Shown here: positions 37,161-49,363 of the stretch, one piece after another | Layout: each line of letters opens with the position of its first letter | Position numbering within the stretch: the stretch's first letter is position 1 | Assembly: GCA_951406725.2 (NCBI GenBank) | Contig: OX597838.1 | Span: 992,001-1,056,000 of the forward strand | Reading direction: 5' to 3' | Length of the DNA: 64,000 nt | From: Octopus vulgaris | Taxonomy: Eukaryota | Notes under the pieces: model-generated | What the model was told of the DNA's origin: nothing | The model's input: the letters and a program-made list of their open reading frames with translations, nothing else | The model's database searches: none | Program-made: the position numbers and the translations under genes

Positions 37161-39827
37161 CGTGGGTGACAGGACATTTGTATAGGGAGTGTGGTGGACA
37201 AAGGTCACACATACTTTAGGAACAGAGGATTGATGCAGGGAGAGAAAAGTGGCCCTGTGGAGCCATCCAATTTATGCCAATGAGGGATAATCACTGTTAA
37301 GATGATGGTGATGATGAACAGGTGGAAGGGGTCACAGTGGTGACCACCGCACAGCAAATGCCATGGAATAAATAAAACAAAATAATATATTTCTGGTAAC
37401 AAACACAGTTTTCATAAATTGTTAAAACTGTTTACAATGAGAACAAGGAGTGATTGCTAGAAATTAATCATTTTTTTTTAATTAATGTATTCTTTACCGA
37501 ATATGTTGAGAAATTATTGAGTGACTTCGACTTGATTAAATTTTCAGAAATAAAATAAAAACATTTGCAGAAGCATTTCAAGTTATTTGGGAAGTTTTCA
37601 ATTAAAAAGCAAAAATCAATAAATAATTTATTTACATTGGAAGATCAAGAATTTAGGAAAGAAAATATTTGAGGGGAGGGGCCAAAAATAGTTTCCAAAA
37701 TAAAAGGTAAAAGACAGATATGTAAAGATGAACAGGTACATTGGAGTAGGTTGGGGCCAGGAGTAAAAAAAAGTGTGTGCATATGGGGACACACGGACAC
37801 ACGTATCTATTCATTGTGTGGAGAGAACTTCATCATCATCATCATTATTATTATTATTATTGATTGTTTAAGCTAACAGATGTCTGTCACAAAGTGATAA
37901 CTAATTCACCAAATTAATTTTTCTTTTTTTTTTTTCTTTCAATTTTCCAAACAAAATCCTTTCAGATTATTCCAGAATCCACTTCATCGCTTAGCATCAA
38001 AGACATCTTTAGTCTTTAGACATCGTCAGCTATCTTTAGTCTTTAATCATTCATTTTTGTTATTTATGGCTCAGACAAACGCAGAAAGAGCAGGAAGCAG
38101 CCTCAATAACATTAACACAGCCTGAGATTATTTTGGATAAAAGATTAAGAAAAAAAAACCCAGTGAGAGAGAGTTTCAAGTTGAAACGAGTTGCAGAATG
38201 GAAGAGACGGGGAGGAGAGAGGTGTTGGGAAAATAAATTTGAATTAAAGAAAATAAAATGAAATGTTTAAGCAGCAGCAACAACAAGAAGAATCTTCCGT
38301 CTTTTGAAAATGTTGGATGTAAAGAAGCAAGTGAAGGAAAAGAAGACAGAAAGAAATTCCTTTCTCAACAAAGTTATTTCGGAAAAGTGACACAGGTGGA
38401 GGAGGCCTTCCATGAGGACCCGAAAAGGGGAGTCAGAGAAAGATTTGATCAATGTATGACCAGGTATATGCTCCAATTCCTGGGACAAGGCCTAAGGAGG
38501 GATGAGCTTGGTTTTCAAGTGAAAAGACAAGAAGAACATTTGAGAGTAAAAGACATTTAAGAAGAAGCAGAAAAGTAAATTCCAACCAGAACAGATTCCA
38601 AAAGAGGGAAGGTCATGGTTGTTGTTAACCGTTTCTAGCACACACCACCAATTGTCATTCTGATCATAGCTAAATGAAGCTACATTGTGCTCGGTGCCAC
38701 CAGCACCTGGGGCTGACAACGGCTGACAGACCAAGGACAGATCCAGCCAGAGTAGTGTGGAATTAAACTGTCACAGACAATAAGAAAACTAAAAGGAGAC
38801 AGACAAGGGAGTAAGGCAAGATAAATGATAATCAAGAAGCTAGAAGTCTCCCTCCCCCCTCCCAATTTACAGTAACTCAATAGAAGAGTTTTCACCTGTT
38901 TGATTTAATGTTGAACTGATTAAGGAGTCGACAGGTAATAGAGAGCAAGGCCCTTAATAGGAGACACTTGCTGAAGAGCACATCTGTCAACAGGTCAGTG
39001 GATGTGGGACCTTTCACAACATGGCTGAAGTGAAAAAGGCTCTGGGATAATATCTGCACAAAGACAGGATGGTCACAGCTGGAAAGGCCTAGCCACAAGT
39101 CTGCTGCACATTGTCTGATTTGTGGTTCAACCATACACACACACACACACACACACACTGAGGGAGCCCACACATGATTATTCAGTCTACGAGATATAGC
39201 AGCCAAATCTTCCTCGAATCACTCCCTACACTCTGAAAAAGAAAAACAGAAAGGCACATAAATGTTTGGAGCCAATTGATGGAAGCGCCACAACTGGAAT
39301 AATTTTGATGTTCACATTTCATCACTCAACAGTCGCAACTGACTTAAGATTAAACAACTCCAACTACACACATATCAACCCACATCTCACCAGGTGCAGG
39401 GAGCAATAAGATGAGGAGGTTGTTAATTCTCCAGATCTACCCTAAAGAGATTCTAGAATATCCATGAGGAGTAAATGGCCTTAACCAATAATTCCACCTG
39501 AGGACGTTTACAGGTGTGCTTTAGAAAATAACAGTGTATTGGGCAAAAATGAGTCATACCAGTAATTCAAAAGGGACCAAACCAATCTTGTCACATTCTG
39601 TATCACATTGAATCTCCTAGAGAACTAGATTAAGGTACATGTATCTGTGGAGTACTCAGCCATTTGCACCTTAATTTCAAGAGCAAGCTGTTCCAGTAAT
39701 CAGATCATCTGGAACACTCATTGTCATAACCAACAGTATCAGTTTAGAGACAAGAATTCCTGGTAAAGAATAAATTTCCACGAAATGGTTATGGTGACAG
39801 CAAGGTAGAAAATGGTGTTGAGATGAA

Positions 39828-40020
39828 GGCAGTGTAATGCCAGTGTGTTGGCAGTGTAATGCCAGTGTCCTGGCAGTGTAATGCCAGCATGTTGGCAGTG
39901 TAACACCAACATGTTGGCAGTGTAATGCCAGCGTGTTGGCAGTGTAACACCAACATGTTGGCAGTGCAATGCCAGTGTGTTGGCAGTGTATTGCCAGTGT
40001 CCTGGCAGTGTAATGCCAGC
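39828..40020. repeat. 22-bp minisatellite, 9 units, consensus TGGCAGTGTAATGCCAGYRTGT
   Basis: GGCAGTG starts at 39828, 39850, 39872, 39894, 39916, 39938, 39960, 39982 and 40004 (exact 22-bp period). Confidence 0.95.
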
Positions 40021-40867
40021 CTCGTAAGGTTCAAACGTTAGTGAGGTGATAGAATAGTGACTGCAAAGTGCTCACAAAGCCCAGAAGTCCAAGGATAGCA
40101 GACATTTAGTTCTTAGGCAAGAAATTTAACCCTACCTATTCTGATCCTTTCTGGAAACAGGAATAAAAACGAAAAGAAAGCGAAAAATAAAATAATTTAA
40201 TAAGTTGAGCAATGACAATATTTCAGGGTTGACCTTAAATCAAGTCAGAACCAGAATATACTAAAAACATGTCACCAAAAGTGACCATCACAACCAAATA
40301 TATTACAAAGACAAATATAAAAAACAATTTAAAAAAAAAAAAAAATTTGAAAAAGTCAATTATTTTGACAGGGGTTAATTTGGTGAGAGAGAGAGGTCAG
40401 CCTGGGGAGACAGGGGTCAATCTGGAGCAAAAAAAGCAAGACTGAGGAAATAGGGATCAGTTTGGAGTTATCTAGAATACATGATCCCCCAAAATACAGG
40501 GGGAAATTATAAAACAATATTGATTCCAAATTTAGAATATCAAATTATATATACTTAATATATAACGTTTTATATATATCTATATAGATAGATAAACATA
40601 CATATACATATACAGTAAATATGTATGTGTGTATGTATATATATGTGTGTGTGGTGTGTGTAGTGTGTATGTATGTATGTATATATATATATAGTGTGGA
40701 TGCAAGTATGTGTATATATGTATATAGTCTGTGTGTATTTAGGGAGCATGGTTATATAAGCAACAGGCATAACTCAGTCTTCCATTCACGTCAACCAAAT
40801 TTTTACAAAAATATCAAAAACAGAGAGAAAACCCAACTTTGTCTCCGTTTTTTCATAAAAAGCTTTC

Positions 40868-41025
40868 ACTCATCTTGAGGGACTCAACATATCACACTCA
40901 TCCTGAGTGACCCATAGCGCATTATGCTGAACTGGAGTGACTCAAAGTATAACAAATTCAATCTGAGTCACTCAAAACAGGTTATACTCAACTTGAGTAA
41001 CTCAGAGGAAAGCACACTCAATCTC
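40868..41025. repeat. Degenerate ~29-bp tandem repeat (ACTCAnnnTGAGTnACTCA core), 5-6 units
   Basis: actcatcttgagggactca / actcatcctgagtgaccca / ctgaactggagtgactca / attcaatctgagtcactca / actcaacttgagtaactca. Confidence 0.75.
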
Positions 41026-41105
41026 TATCTCTCCATGGCAACTATAAAGATAAATGAGAAAAAGAAAAGCAGTAACAAGTAATGACTGGTCTAAGGGAGA
41101 GAACT

Positions 41106-41160
41106 TCACACCACCGTCTGGAATTTCTTGGCCTGGTTGAGTCTTCTTGGAGACTTTTTC
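41106..41160 (-). CDS. Exon 4 (terminal coding exon) of the 203-aa KEN-box protein
   Basis: Acceptor ccttcttcttcaaacag|; phase 2 continues (R)KKSPRRLNQAKKFQTVV to TGA. Confidence 0.75.
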
Positions 41161-42257
41161 CTGTTTGAAGAAGAAGGAAAAAAAAAGAGAAGAAAGAAAC
41201 AAGAATCAGCCAAAATTAGAAAAAAAAGAAGCAACAACAGGGAAAGCATTGAGAAAGAATTTGGTAGACTTTTCTAAGTTTGTTTAATTGAGATCGTTTG
41301 AATCTTGTGTTTAGCTTTAAAAGATATTTTGTTGCTGACAAATTAGTGAGATATGCAAGGACACACAAATATATATTTACACTCGCAAATACACTCATCA
41401 ACACAAATATATGTGTGTTTGTGTGTGTGTGTGTGTACATATATATAGTTACAAAATCTCAAGAAGAGACAGAGAAGTAACGTATACTAAACAGTAAAGC
41501 GAAGGTCCGTCTTTTTCAAGAGTCTGTTGAAAGTAGTTGAATGAACCCCCACCAATGGAAAGAGCATATATACATTTCCCCCCATGCCAGCTCCATTTGT
41601 TTCCCCTTTATTAGTCAAAAGACACCTGTTGTTATTTTCTTGTTTGTATTTGTAATTGTGTAACACGTTCTCCGTTTTATTTTTTGTCTTTGTTGTCCAA
41701 CACATTCGCTTGCTTTCTCACAAAAAATCGAATGCTCTAAGCTGAGACCTTTTGGGGACAACCAGATTTGAACCGTCTCAAGTGTAACTGCCCGAAACTG
41801 TAAGGACAAGGAGAGGAGGCCACAAATGACCCGTCCTTGTTGTTTTCCTGTCCACCTTCGTATCTTATATCTGTCCAGATGTCTTATTGTCCTCGATTGC
41901 GTTTTTGTTATATATTTATATATACATATAGCAGTGCATGCACACTTTTGCTCACACTGGAAGTGTATATATATATATATACATATATATAATATTTTAC
42001 ATTATATATTGACATTTATGGGCATTTTTAAGGACCACGTCCATTATTCACGGTTTTTCACTATTCACGGGTGCTCTAGGAACGTAATCTCCACAAATAC
42101 CAGGGGGACTACAGTGTGCATATACATTAAATATATTTATTCAAATGTGCAAACCTATAAATATGTATATATATATACACACACAAATGCATACAGCAAA
42201 TACATAGAAAACCACGTCAGGAAAAGGAATAAAAGAAAAGCCAAGATGCAGCCTCAC

Positions 42258-42371
42258 CGTGCAGATGCCCGACTGCGCAGAGTATTGGGTGTCAGAGATG
42301 CCAAAGCTTGCATGTCAGAAGTCAATGCTTCCACTTCACGACGCAGTTTGGTTGGCGTTTCGATATCACAC
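42258..42371 (-). CDS. Exon 3 of the 203-aa KEN-box protein
   Basis: Acceptor ctgtttttctag|, donor CG|gtgagg; 114 nt, phase 2-2; encodes (W)CDIETPTKLRREVEALTSDMQALASLTPNTLRSRASA(R). Confidence 0.85.
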
Positions 42372-42864
42372 CTAGAAAAACAGAAAAATGGGAACGGTAA
42401 TTTAACGACTACAGCACTGGACTTGCCTCTGTGTTTGTGTTTCTACTTTTCATTGGTCAGTTTGTTTAGAGCAATGGTTCATCAATCCACCCTTCATGAT
42501 ACTCAGTCTATATTCTCTCTTTTTGTACACTGAAAATTCACTCTGGCACCTTATCACTACCTTCTTTATCTTCTTCCCAGCTACTCCCACCCACCCTATA
42601 CATAAGGGTAGCCATGTACCTCCTCTATAGCAAGGTACCTGTCCCGCTATCACAGTTCAGCCCCTCAGCACAGGGTATGGTGCCACCCCACACTTTACTG
42701 CAATCTGTTCCTTTGTCCTGTCAGTTATTTCGTGACTTCACAAGAGTCGCAGAAACAAGCACCCAGAACCTTCTGCAAAATGGCTGGGAGCAGGAAGTCT
42801 TCCCAGTCATAGAAACCAAACCAGCAAGGAAGGGAGACGTTAAATTATCACACACACCTTTTTA

Positions 42865-43080
42865 TCTTTTACTTGTTTCAGTCACTAGATTGCGGCAATG
42901 CTGGAGCACCACCTGGAAAAATTTTCAGCTGAATGTATCAATCCCAGTGCTTACTTTTTAGAAGCCTGATATTTATTCTGTCAGTCTCTTTTGCTGAACT
43001 GCTAGGTTATGGGGACATAAACACACCAGCACCAGTTGTCAAGTGGTGAAGGGAGACAAACACAGACACAAAGACAGACA

Positions 43081-43136
<56 letters not shown>

Positions 43137-43305
43137 CATATATGATGGGCTTCTTTTGGTCTCCGTCTACCAAATCCACTCACAAGGCTTTGGTCAGCCC
43201 GAGGCTACAGTAGAGGACACCTGCCCAAGGTGTCATACAGTGGGACTGAACCCAGAACCATGTGGTTGGGAAGCAAACTTCTTACCACACTGCCACACCT
43301 GTGCC
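42865..43305 (-). mobile_element. SINE family B copy in intron 2
   Basis: Full reverse-complement match to the 32670 copy, including the internal (TG)n. Confidence 0.9.
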
Positions 43306-43799
43306 ATTTTTGTATATAAACCCTACTTTGCTCAGGGAGCAGCTGATCAGATCAAGTCAGACAGCCAGGTAAGATAAAGGGACGCCTGTTACAGACAGGG
43401 ACAACCCATTTTAACCGGGAAAAAATAATACTAAATCTGTATTTTCACTTTTTTCCTTATTCTTCTAAAGACAGACAATGTCTACAAATTTTTTAGACTG
43501 ACTTAAAAAGGGAGACAGGGTCCCATAATTGAGGTTGTGAGCAAATTCAAGTAATGTCTCCCAAGTAGTAGATACTTTTTAAGGGGATGATATACATTAG
43601 GTCTAACGTGTTTTAGGTCTAACAAGGGACACTTTTAAGGCTAACTGTGCCACATTTAGTCTGGGGGTAAACAACATGGTTTAGCCCAATCTAATTGGAA
43701 CCAGGCATAAAAGAAGTTATTATAAAAATGTCAGGAGTTGAAGACAATCCAGGAAGGGTGGTCTTCATTAAAAAATACCAAGTCTGATAAAGTCCTCAC

Positions 43800-43972
43800 C
43801 ATTTGCGTTCTGCTTTGCGCTTCTCTGGGGTTTCAAAACTGAAAGGGGAATACACGGAATTAATTCCATGCGTGCAGCGTGGTGGAGTCCGAGAAGCAAT
43901 TCTCAAGGATCGGCGCCTGCCGATATCTGCCATGCTTCCTTGACTCATCAGTTGAGCAGTGGAAGAGATTTT
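43800..43972 (-). CDS. Exon 2 of the 203-aa KEN-box protein
   Basis: Acceptor gtttttatgtttttcag|, donor TG|gtgagg; 173 nt, phase 0-2; encodes KISSTAQLMSQGSMADIGRRRSLRIASRTPPRCTHGINSVYSPFSFETPEKRKAERK. Confidence 0.85.
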
Positions 43973-45009
43973 CTGAAAAACATAAAAACAAAACCATTAC
44001 AGTTACAACCACTGCCATCAACACCATCATCATCATCATCATCTCTACTGCCATTACACCACGACCACCACCGGTGGTTCTTCGCAAACTTAAAATGGAC
44101 AGCCACATGCACAAGATATTTTATTTTGTATCTTCAACATGGTTTCAAGGATATTTAAATAACATGAATGCTAAATATTAAAATTTAATTATGAAACAAT
44201 GTAAGAATGCAAAAATAAAAATTCTATTTCTTTGTATTTATTAAACAGCATGCAATGTGATCAGAAATATGCAGCATCCCGGATAAGTTCCCAGTAAAAG
44301 GCTGTGACAGTTAACGAGTTGAAATATTACTGTAAACCCCATGTTTACTATTTTACTAGTATGGACCCCTCCAAAATCTGATATGGACTCCCAGGGGGTC
44401 ATAAGGATATTGGCTGAAAAGTACAGCTTTAATCACCATGTGCTGTCATAACTGAATATTTCTTACATCAAGTTCAGTACCAGTAATATACTGTGATTTC
44501 AGCTGTGTCAAATCAAGACTGTGACAGGGGTTGGCTAGAGCTAGCTGCACACAACACTGCAATATTTCCTTGCATCATTTAAACCCTGACTCAACATTTG
44601 AGCCTCCACATGGCTGATTGATGTGCTAGATATGACAGTCACATCTCCCTCAAATTACACCTTACTGGTCTAAAAAGAAAAACAAAAACAGATGGACACA
44701 TTAGATAAGGTATTCCTAGATACACATGTCCTTTATTTTCTAAAGCACACCTGTAAACGTCCTCACCAACACCAACTATACGAGTTGCAATACTGTACAT
44801 TAGATAATGTAATCCTAAATACACTTAGTCAGAATAAAAGATGAGGTGGTCACGACTGGAACACTTTTGATCATAGGCCTGTGGGATCATTGTTCACCTA
44901 GCGAAACAACAAACCAATTGGCAGTAAAAATATTCCAAAATGTCTTCAAGTGGTAAGAATTAGGTGCCAATCGTTGATCCTTAAATAATCATAGATAGTC
45001 ATTTTGGTA

Positions 45010-45320
45010 CAGCGGTTCTCAACAAGGGTCCAACATGGCCCCTAAGAGTCCATATAAGATTTTTAGGGATCCACACAGTAGTATATTAAGGGTCCATAAA
45101 ATAATTTTGATTTAGATGTATTTATTGCAGGAAACAAATTTAGCTTCTGTTTCTAGCATTTTACACAGTCCAACCTGCACAAGTTAATGTTTGGAAAAAA
45201 AAAAAACCAAAGAGAAATCTTGAAAGAAGGATTTATAAAACTATGGGGGGGAGGGTCCACCAGAGTGAAACAGTAAATGGAAAGGACCCAGAGGTAAAAG
45301 AAAATGGTTGAGAACCACTG
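45010..45320. mobile_element. hAT-superfamily MITE
   Basis: TIRs CAGCGGTTCTCAAC / GTTGAGAACCACTG with an 8-bp TSD, ttttggta / gtttggta (7 of 8 match). Confidence 0.85.
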
Positions 45321-46072
45321 GTTTGGTAAGGAGGAGGTCGAGTCAAATGCCCCCCCCCCTGACAGCCTCACCACCTACCATTACTGGTATTGGCCAACAT
45401 GAAGAAGATGGTATTCAACTGGGGTGATCTGCCACCACCACCACCCCAACTCTGCATCACCACCGCCACCACCACTACAAACGGTTCTACAGCCAACTGA
45501 CACCATAAACACACAGATACTAATCTCTGCTCTCTCTCACACACACACACACACACATTCCCTCATATAATCACGTACATTCCTAAGATATCAGGTTCCC
45601 GTCCTTTAAAGAAGTCCATAGACACGGAGGGTGGGAGAGGCTGACTACACACACACACACACACACAAAATAGCTCAGCTGTATTATCACACACGCTTTC
45701 ACACACCCATACATAGCTGTAATAGCTGTATAATCACACACACAAAGACGAAATATAATAGCCATGGAACCACTCCCACCCCACCCCCCTACACAATGTT
45801 ACCATCCCACTGAGGCCTATTATCTCCACAACTACCGCAAATTGTTATCTTCATCAACCCCAACATTACAGCCGCACCCATCGCCGCCGCCACCACCACC
45901 ACCACCACACAGTAGAAATGTGAGCAACCAATGAGAATCCTTGTCACCGATTTCAAACAGCGACGATCTGGACTCGTGTGAAACAAACCACAACTGGCAG
46001 GACAGGAGTTCGAGCTACACCAATGCCAGTAGCCAGGGGGTTGGTGGGGGTAAGGCAGGACACATCCCTTTA

Positions 46073-46462
46073 TCTTTTACTTGTTTCACTCATTAGATTG
46101 CAGCCATACTGGAGCACTGCCTTGAAAATGTTTTAATCGAATGACTCGACCCGAGTACTTGTTTTTCTTTTATCTTGGTACTTATTCTATCGGTCTATTT
46201 GGCCAAACCGCTAAGTTACGGCGGCGTAAACACACCAACACCGGTTGTCAAGAGTTGATGCGACACACACACATGCACGTGTGTGTGTGTGTGTGACGGG
46301 CTTCTTTCAGTTTCCGCCAACCAAACCCACTCACTTAATATAACCTTGGTAGACTCAAGGTTGTATTAGAAGACACTAGCCCGAGGTGCCGCCACGCAAT
46401 GGAACTGATCCCAGAACCGATGTGGTTTCGGGAAGCAAATTTCTTCCCATTCATTCGCGCCT
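46073..46462 (-). mobile_element. SINE family B copy in intron 1
   Basis: Reverse-complement match to the 32670 copy. Confidence 0.85.
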
Positions 46463-48054
46463 ATTCCATGTTCCACTTCTGTCTAAGACAGTAGCTTCGA
46501 GACGGTTGGACAGGACAAGCAGAACGTTTTCAAACTCTCTCTAAAACAGTAGCCAGGAGATGTTTGGCTGCGACAGACGACGATAAGAAATATTTGATAA
46601 CACTGGAATGTATGTGTAACATAATACAAGACATATCTCTCTCTCTCTCAGAGTAAAGTAGCGAGAGAATTCCAACAGCAAGGCAATTATTAACAGTCTC
46701 AGCTCCGTTTGTGTTCCCTGATAAACCATGTAACAGACATTTGACGGTTTCCATAAACAAACTCAACTAGAAAAAGTGTCTCCTGGGAATCCCTTCTGCC
46801 CTAAATTGGTAATGTCCAGGAAATTAGACAAAGTCTGTATCGAAATAATATCGATTCTGTCATAGCTGGTCTGTTGGAATCAACTTTGAGTAGAGGGAAC
46901 AGGTCTACCTCATCTATTTTCTCAAAAAGAAAACCTCAGGACAGTGTAGTCAGTGGGATCATAGTAGAATTAAAGAATGTTCTGGCAGTTAATGGAATGA
47001 CAAATATTAATATTTGTCATTAAAGAGTGTGTGTGTAGTTCCTGTACAATAGAGTCGGAAATTATTTGGCGTGCCAAAAACCTTTTTTCATTTTTTTTTT
47101 TTTTTTTTTGCGTAGGTTTTAAGCACCAAAGATTAGGGCTCTGAAAGTGGAGAATGACTAGGAGGTGTGTATATGTCCCAAAACACATCCATAATTTTTC
47201 AGTTTTGATATTTTTCAAAAACAAGATTTGTTCTAAAAATGTAACGCATATTTTTGAAGAATTTATAATCTACGCTGCTTAAAACCTACACATCCGAAGA
47301 AATTACGGTAATTTTTTAAATAATTTACCGAAATTACTTGGGGTGCACTAAATAATTTCCGACTCTATTCTTTAGGAACACCCACACACAGACACTCGCA
47401 CAATCTTCAAGTAAAAATTCCGTCTGACGGAATAATTCCCACAGCCTTTCAACAATTCCACCAATAAACGATTTAGGTAACAGGGATGGATATATTCGGC
47501 ACAAAGATACGTAATACTAGTATAATCAATATATACACACGTAATAGGGGTATATTCGGGAGTTAAACGGTTTTGTTTTAAAATGAAAGACAAAATATTT
47601 AAAACAATATTTTAACATTTATATTCATCTAAAATATATTTTCCATATATATATGGATTCTTTTAATGTTGTGATACACGTAAAGGGTCTGATAGGGTTA
47701 ACAATTAAAACAAAGATCAAAACTCGCGATATATATTTAACCCAACCGGACAATTGTTCGAAAGACTATTGATTCTTTCTTCCGTTATCCACCCGATACT
47801 ATAATGACTTGTTTTGGCAGTTCTATGTCTACCCCTGTTTCTCGGATAGACATCTAAAGTGGATCCAGTTTATATTGTCCCAGGAACCGATGTTGAGGAA
47901 ACTACGAAAGTTAGCAAATGAATCAACAGAATTTAACGATTTATTTTCATTCGCAAACACACATTAGTCTCTCTTAAAATAAAATAAAGATAATTTTGAA
48001 AAAACCACGTTTCCATATAAGACATAATATTTAAAAAAATAAAAGGTCACTCAC

Positions 48055-48324
48055 CCTTTTTAGTGTCCCAACAGCATCAATGACGGTCTTTCTGACACTG
48101 GCACTTCGACTAAATTGGCAATTACCACCAGTGGGACCATTCCTGGCTCTGCTTTCGTTTCCAGCCTGGGTACATTGTGGACATTCTTCATCGATCCGAT
48201 CTTCGATCTCGGGTCTTTTCTTCACATATTCCGGGGTTGCCAATAAACGGTTTTCCTTGTCACGGAGAGAGAGGTACCGACGGCTTCGTCTTGTGGCTCG
48301 GAATGATCTACGCATATTTTCCAT
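48055..48324 (-). CDS. Exon 1 of a 203-aa basic protein with KEN box and many S/T-P sites (probable cell-cycle-regulated protein; weak PIMREG/FAM64A-like resemblance)
   Basis: ATG at 48324; encodes MENMRRSFRATRRSRRYLSLRDKENR...SRSASVRKTVIDAVGTLKR, then donor AGG|gtgagt (phase 0). All four exons join in frame with canonical GT-AG sites. Confidence 0.85.
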
Positions 48325-48469
48325 GTTTAAAGAATTAGCTTTCTTTTATTTAAGAAAGAATAATAATGATGATGATAAGTGCGTGATGGTAGTTCCAAAG
48401 AAACGGTTAGAATCTTCGGATAGAATATAAGATGTAGTTGAAGAGGAACAAATAGGCGAGCTGAAGAAA

Positions 48470-48610
48470 GTGTCCAATAGTAAGGTGCTCTGCTGGCAAA
48501 CGGTGAGGCGGAATGAATAAAAACGACGCCCGATTTCGAAATGAAATTATTTTTGAATTAACCGCCAACTGAGTAACGTAAGTCACGTGGTATAATAGCC
48601 GTGTTACATG
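48470..48610 (-). promoter_or_regulatory. CpG-rich promoter with CHR-, Myb- and E2F/CDE-like motifs
   Basis: CCAAT (about 48474), TTCGAA (48535), TTTGAA (48552), CCGCCAA/CAACTG (48562-48571), GTCACGTG (48582) and CCGTTA (48599), all 150-290 bp upstream of the ATG. Confidence 0.55.
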
Positions 48611-49363
48611 TGAGGAGGGTGGAGGCGGCGGCAGAGGGAGAGGATGTTTTAATGGTGGTGGTGGTGGTGGTGGTGGCGGGGGAACGATTACAGTAGCGAG
48701 GGTGGAGGGTGGAGGTTTGACTATTAGGAAGTAGAGGGAAGTGGAAGTCAATGGTGGTGGTGGTGGTGGTGATGGTATTTATAATTGTATTTGTGGTGGT
48801 GGTGGTGGGGATAAAGTGGATCGGGGAAAGAGATTAAAAGGGAGACAGTAGTCACGTGATGTTTCCTGTCCGTTAGACCAGTCCATATGACACTCATTCC
48901 CCCCCCCTCCTGCTGCTCTACACCACCACCATTATAACTGACATAACCACTCCGTCTGCGCCACCACCACCATCACAACAACAATGCAACCGCCTTCCTC
49001 CCCCCCCCCTCTCTCTCCCTCCAACTCCACCAGAGGGAACATATTTTCGTAACAAATTGATGTTACTAACAGAAAGAGAAGACTACAAATTTGGGAGGGC
49101 TGTAAGTCGGTTAGCTCTCCCTTAATACACTGTCATAGAAAGGGGAGATGGCTGTGAAATTTTAAATCGGGGCAGACAAGTTACCAAGTTTAGTAACATT
49201 AATAAAGTTTTTCCCTTTACTAAAGGAGTAAGGTGAGGGGGGGGGACAAAATTCCCTAATATTGGGGTATGACTGGTATTTGATATTTGGACATATCTCT
49301 TAACAATCTAACCATAAAAGTTATCCAGGGACCTCAAAATAAATGTTCAATATTTCGTATAAT

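Noticed and set aside
38258-38560. 100-aa + strand ORF with an ATG start
   Set aside because: Purine-rich, no recognisable motif and no supporting exon structure.
39828-40020. A genuine mir-34 gene
   Set aside because: Only the first 8-9 nt match miR-34; the 3' part (UUAGCUGGUUG) and a canonical precursor hairpin are missing.
39828-41025. Regularly spaced repeats resembling CRISPR arrays
   Set aside because: Eukaryotic context, no unique spacers of CRISPR length and no cas genes; these are tandem repeats.
41106-48324. Assigning the symbol PIMREG/FAM64A to the - strand gene
   Set aside because: The resemblance is in architecture only; a profile search is needed.
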